Virus record (IMG/VR): IMGVR_UViG_3300035532_000265
Location: 1-29,193 of that record
Source of the DNA: a virus
Lineage: Duplodnaviria > Caudoviricetes
DNA length: 29,193 nucleotides
Strand: one strand, 5' to 3'
Shown here: positions 25,657 to 29,193 of the stretch, piece by piece
Position numbering within the stretch: position 1 is the first letter of the stretch
Layout: each line of letters begins with the position of its first letter
Translations under genes and position numbers: made by a program
Notes under the pieces: generated by a model
The model's database searches: none
What the model was told of the DNA's origin: nothing
What the model saw: only the letters and a program-made list of their open reading frames with translations

Positions 25657-25893
25657 ATCGTATTCTCCTTGGTAGATAGGTAGAGAGTTTTCATGACGAA
25701 TAGACACTCCTTACCTACCACCGAAAAACCGTACCCATGATTGTGGAAGATTAGCTATTACTTAAGCTCAATTCTGATAGGATGAGTGATAAATAGTACT
25801 GTTGTCGAAAAAAAGATTGAGTTTGGTCTGATTGCGCTGTAATCTTTATTTGTTAACAATTTAATGAATTAATTAATTTTAGGTGGCCGAATC

Positions 25894-28047
25894 ATGTCAG
25901 AAGGTTTAGATGAGAGAATTTTGAAGTCTTGGAAGTTGAATTCGAATATTGATGAAGTTAATTTTAAACAAAAGAATATTATATTTGGTCTAAACGGTTC
26001 AGGGAAAAGTTCTCTTGCGAATATACTACAAGCCAATTTTTTCAGAAAACATAATCCAAAGCATTTCCGAATTTTCAGTGAGAACTATGTGAAGGAAACC
26101 CTTTCACTGAAGGATGGCAGAATCCGCGGTGTAATCTCAAATTTTGGAAAGAAGAATGTAGATATTGAGCAGCAAATCGAAGGTAACCTGAGTGCAATCA
26201 ACGACCGGAAAGTACAGATGAACCGATATGATGAAAAAATAAAAGATTCTATTCAGACCACAGAAAAGTTCATGGAAGATGTTTTAAATCGAAGGAGGGG
26301 AACAAATAATAAAATTCACAATAAGCCTAAAGCAAAGACGGTACATGAGAAAGTCAATTTATGGATTAAGGATTATGACGACAGCATAAAATTATTTCCA
26401 GATGAAAATTATAATGAAATTACTGGTGATGCAAATTTTTCTGTGGAGAGTGAGAATGTTAATTTATGTATAGTTCCTGATACTATAGATATTAATAAGC
26501 TGAAGATTGAAAATTTGAGTGAGCTGCTCAGCAAAAATTTCAAGGATATTGATATTCCTAGCCAAGAAATAATTTCTTGGTTGGAAACGGGACTAAAAAT
26601 TCATAAGGGAAAAACAAAGTGCGAATTTTGTGGATCCTCAATCCATTACGATGATATTTATGATCATATAACCTCATATTTACAGAATGAGAAACAAAAG
26701 GCCTCTAGGCAGCTAACAGAGATTCATCACGAACTAGTGGCTATTCAACAAGTAGTTGAGGAATTAAAAAGGAATTTTGGTAAATATAGAGACTTGTTTC
26801 TTCAACAAGAGGATGACAATCATTTTAATGTAATAAGTGCCGCGGAAAGAGAGATTCATAATGCTCTCTCTGCTGTTGATTTGAAAACTGATAGGATGGA
26901 TTTATCAGTTTCAATTGAGATTGACTCACTTAAGAAAGCAATTCTAGATGTCAACAATAGCGTTAGATTCATAAAAGATTCTAAGATTGCCTACTCACAA
27001 AATATTCTTGAAAAGGTAAACCGGTTAGAGCTTCTTGTCAAAGGTGCTATTGGGTATGAATTAAAGAATTCAAAGATCGTTAATGAAAATTTAACAAAGA
27101 TTGCTGAGTGGGAAGATGAGGTCCAAAGACTTAAAAAGGAAAAGGCAGACCTTGAGAATAAGAATGAGATCCTTACAGCGGAAAAATCGGATTTGTCTAA
27201 TTTCGCCAGATTTTTGAATGCGACATTGAGGGATATGAACCTGGATTTCTTTCTCAAGTTGGATGGGGATGTATATCGTCTCGAACATAATGATGGAACC
27301 ACATTGCGACTAGATGATGTCAGTGAAGGAGAACGGAATTTGCTTTCATTGATTTATTTCTACTACGAAATGCTTGATGACAACGAAATCTCGTTGAAGG
27401 AAGATATTGAAGGCATTGTATTGGATGATCCAATATCCAGTTTAGATGACAATAATAAATTCTATATATTAGAACTAATAAAATCTCTGCTGGATTATGA
27501 TTTGCCTAAGATCTATATTCTCACTCACTCTTGGGATGATTTTTGTGCCATGACATATGGTCGGAATGATAGAGATACCTATGCATTTTTTGAGATTAAA
27601 AAGGAATCTCAAGTAAGCAGGATTAATGAAATTGAAGGATCCAAGCTACTAAGTCCATATATGCAAATGTATTGCGAGGTGGACGCTTTCTGCAACAAGA
27701 AAGTTGAAGAAATTCCTCCCCAAGAATCACTTCACATGCCAAATACGATGAGAAGAGTTTTGGAGGAGTATGTCAAATTCAATGTAAACCTAGACTATGC
27801 TACTGCAACTCATACTGGGGACATCGCTAAAGCCTTGTTCAAGTGTGAGATTAGTGATTTGTCAAATAGTAAGAAACAAAAACTTGATTTACTCCTTTCT
27901 GTTTGTAACATCTTATCACATAAGGCCACACATCCTCACAATCCATCGGAGATACATAAAGCAGCCAAATTTTTACGAAATACAATTAGAGAGTGTGATA
28001 AATACCATCATCTGAAAATGACTTGTTATAGTGCAAGAACTTCCTAG
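25894..28047 (+). CDS. RloC-like AAA_13 ABC/SMC-type ATPase with zinc hook and C-terminal HEPN-like domain
   Basis: Walker A GLNGSGKS, coiled coils around CEFC, signature VSEGER, Walker B/D-loop VLDDPISSLD, H-loop ILTH, NTMRRVLE and NILSH. AT-rich. Confidence 0.82.
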   Translation: MSEGLDERILKSWKLNSNIDEVNFKQKNIIFGLNGSGKSSLANILQANFFRKHNPKHFRIFSENYVKETLSLKDGRIRGVISNFGKKNVDIEQQIEGNLSAINDRKVQMNRYDEKIKDSIQTTEKFMEDVLNRRRGTNNKIHNKPKAKTVHEKVNLWIKDYDDSIKLFPDENYNEITGDANFSVESENVNLCIVPDTIDINKLKIENLSELLSKNFKDIDIPSQEIISWLETGLKIHKGKTKCEFCGSSIHYDDIYDHITSYLQNEKQKASRQLTEIHHELVAIQQVVEELKRNFGKYRDLFLQQEDDNHFNVISAAEREIHNALSAVDLKTDRMDLSVSIEIDSLKKAILDVNNSVRFIKDSKIAYSQNILEKVNRLELLVKGAIGYELKNSKIVNENLTKIAEWEDEVQRLKKEKADLENKNEILTAEKSDLSNFARFLNATLRDMNLDFFLKLDGDVYRLEHNDGTTLRLDDVSEGERNLLSLIYFYYEMLDDNEISLKEDIEGIVLDDPISSLDDNNKFYILELIKSLLDYDLPKIYILTHSWDDFCAMTYGRNDRDTYAFFEIKKESQVSRINEIEGSKLLSPYMQMYCEVDAFCNKKVEEIPPQESLHMPNTMRRVLEEYVKFNVNLDYATATHTGDIAKALFKCEISDLSNSKKQKLDLLLSVCNILSHKATHPHNPSEIHKAAKFLRNTIRECDKYHHLKMTCYSARTS

Positions 28048-28537
28048 CAAGTAGCTTCAGTACAGATCGTGTCGCAAAGTTTAAGGTGGATACTCCCTGC
28101 AATCATCCCTGAAATATCTAACCTTTTATCCGCTACAACGAGTCCCATAAATCTCGATTTTCATTGCGTTTAGATGGAGCCTATTCATGCCGGGTATGCA
28201 CTTCTTATCTACCAGCAAGAACGCCTCCCTTTAGAATTGCAAAAAAGATGATCCCCTGTACCACAGTACGTCATTGTGTGCGAAGATGGTAAAAATATTG
28301 TAAGGATATAAAATTATTCACCCAGATTTCTAATCAAGAACTTATTTTCCCGGAGATATTTAGTAGATGAGGTTGTTTAGATACTGTAGAGTATGGGTAG
28401 TAAATTGTTTAAATATTCAGTAGGGACAGATAATGAAATGCTAATGCTGTGAAAAACGAAGGCAGTGTTTCAATGAATATTAACTTCAGCTGTATCGGAT
28501 GATGTGATAGGAGACAATATTTGACGTAGGGGTTGTT

Positions 28538-29193
28538 ATGATATTTGATCGAGAACCGAAAGACTGGAAAGAACTCCAAAAATTTGTAGGGCAATTGTTC
28601 AGTGAATGTGGATTTAACGCTGAAGTTTCAAAAGTAGTTGAGCTTGTACGGGGCAAAAAAGAAATTGATGTGTTTGCCCAAGATGTTGAAAGTGAGTATA
28701 AACCTGTAATACTAGTTGAATGTAAGTTTTGGAATAGGCCAATTGATCAAGAGGTAATTCATTCTTTCCGAACAGTATTGAATGACTATGGTGCTAACCT
28801 TGGTTATATCGTGTCAAAGGTGGGGTTTCAGCAAGGATGCATCGATGCAGCCATGAAAACTAACATTAAACTTGTGACGTTGAAAGATATTGAGAATCAG
28901 TATTTTGAGAGATGGAAAAAAGCTCTGGCAAGAAAATATAGGAAGTATGCTGACCCCTTATTTCCATATTGGGATTACCCTGGTAAACGGGTAGCTGATG
29001 GTGGAGCAATAGACTCAAAGAAATGGATTTTGGTTCATCAAGCATATCGACCAATATGTGAACTTGGCCCAGGTGATGACTTGGTAAGTACGTATACAAA
29101 GAATCTTCCTTTCGTTTTGCCAATTATCAATGATAGTCTTGAAGTAATTGGATCTTTGACAATAACCACCTATAGGGAACTATTTAATTTTAT
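28538..29193 (+). CDS. Mrr-like PD-(D/E)XK restriction endonuclease domain protein (3' end outside window)
   Basis: Own translation: MIFDREPKDWKELQKFVGQLFSECGF...KEIDVFA...ILVECKFWN...GYIVSKVGFQQG..., open to the window end. Absent from the ORF track. Confidence 0.85.
   Translation, partial: MIFDREPKDWKELQKFVGQLFSECGFNAEVSKVVELVRGKKEIDVFAQDVESEYKPVILVECKFWNRPIDQEVIHSFRTVLNDYGANLGYIVSKVGFQQGCIDAAMKTNIKLVTLKDIENQYFERWKKALARKYRKYADPLFPYWDYPGKRVADGGAIDSKKWILVHQAYRPICELGPGDDLVSTYTKNLPFVLPIINDSLEVIGSLTITTYRELFNF

Larger units (their letters stand above)
128..25750 (-). mobile_element. Siphovirus-type prophage (HK97-like head, long non-contractile tail), probably defective
   Basis: Co-oriented replication, packaging, head and tail modules. 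No sheath gene. Right boundary is approximate (GC-to-AT shift). No integrase or repressor in the window. Confidence 0.92.

Noticed and set aside
3694-25707. Extended N-termini in the ORF track (major tail 4887, gp10-like 5740, ClpP 8620, terS 18803, VapE 25707 and others)
   Set aside because: They overlap upstream genes or lack an RBS; downstream ATGs with clear Shine-Dalgarno sites were used instead.
28048-28537. Intergenic GTGTCGCAAAGT (IS-end-like) and a ~30-codon minus-strand ORF after AGGGAGG
   Set aside because: No partner inverted repeat or transposase, and the ORF is too short and featureless to support.
15727-29193. Phage MTase and Mrr-like nuclease as one restriction-modification system
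   Set aside because: More than 11 kb apart, on opposite strands and with very different base composition.
1-29193. tRNA, rRNA, riboswitch (including a SAM riboswitch before metK), intron or intein
   Set aside because: None recognised by eye. The terS-metK gap is only 28 bp, and TerL and the helicases have normal lengths. An Infernal/Rfam scan would be needed to exclude small RNAs.

Overview
Bases ~128-25750 are a GC-rich siphovirus-type prophage, read almost entirely on the minus strand. In transcription order (right to left) it has a replication module (VapE-like primase/helicase, iteron origin, VRR-NUC, SNF2 helicase), a DUF1492/RinA-like late regulator, HNH, a putative cos region and the small terminase. 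A ~6.8 kb cargo block then separates terS from terL: intact MetK, ParB-MTase, a holin/spanin-like cassette with no endolysin, DUF4314, an antisense orphan, amidoligase, gamma-glutamylcyclotransferase and two small genes. After terL come an HK97-type head module and a tail module with a -1 frameshifting chaperone and tape measure protein. The last tail gene is interrupted at base 127 by an IS66-like end. Right of ~25750 the DNA becomes AT-rich and carries a RloC-like ATPase/HEPN gene and a 3'-truncated Mrr-like nuclease that the ORF track misses. Non-coding highlights: a second, foreign origin-like iteron array (20160-20560), a membrane-protein moron bracketed by a duplicated HNH 5' end, and a repeated promoter-like motif in front of cargo genes. 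All family names come from motif recognition and gene order, not from database searches.
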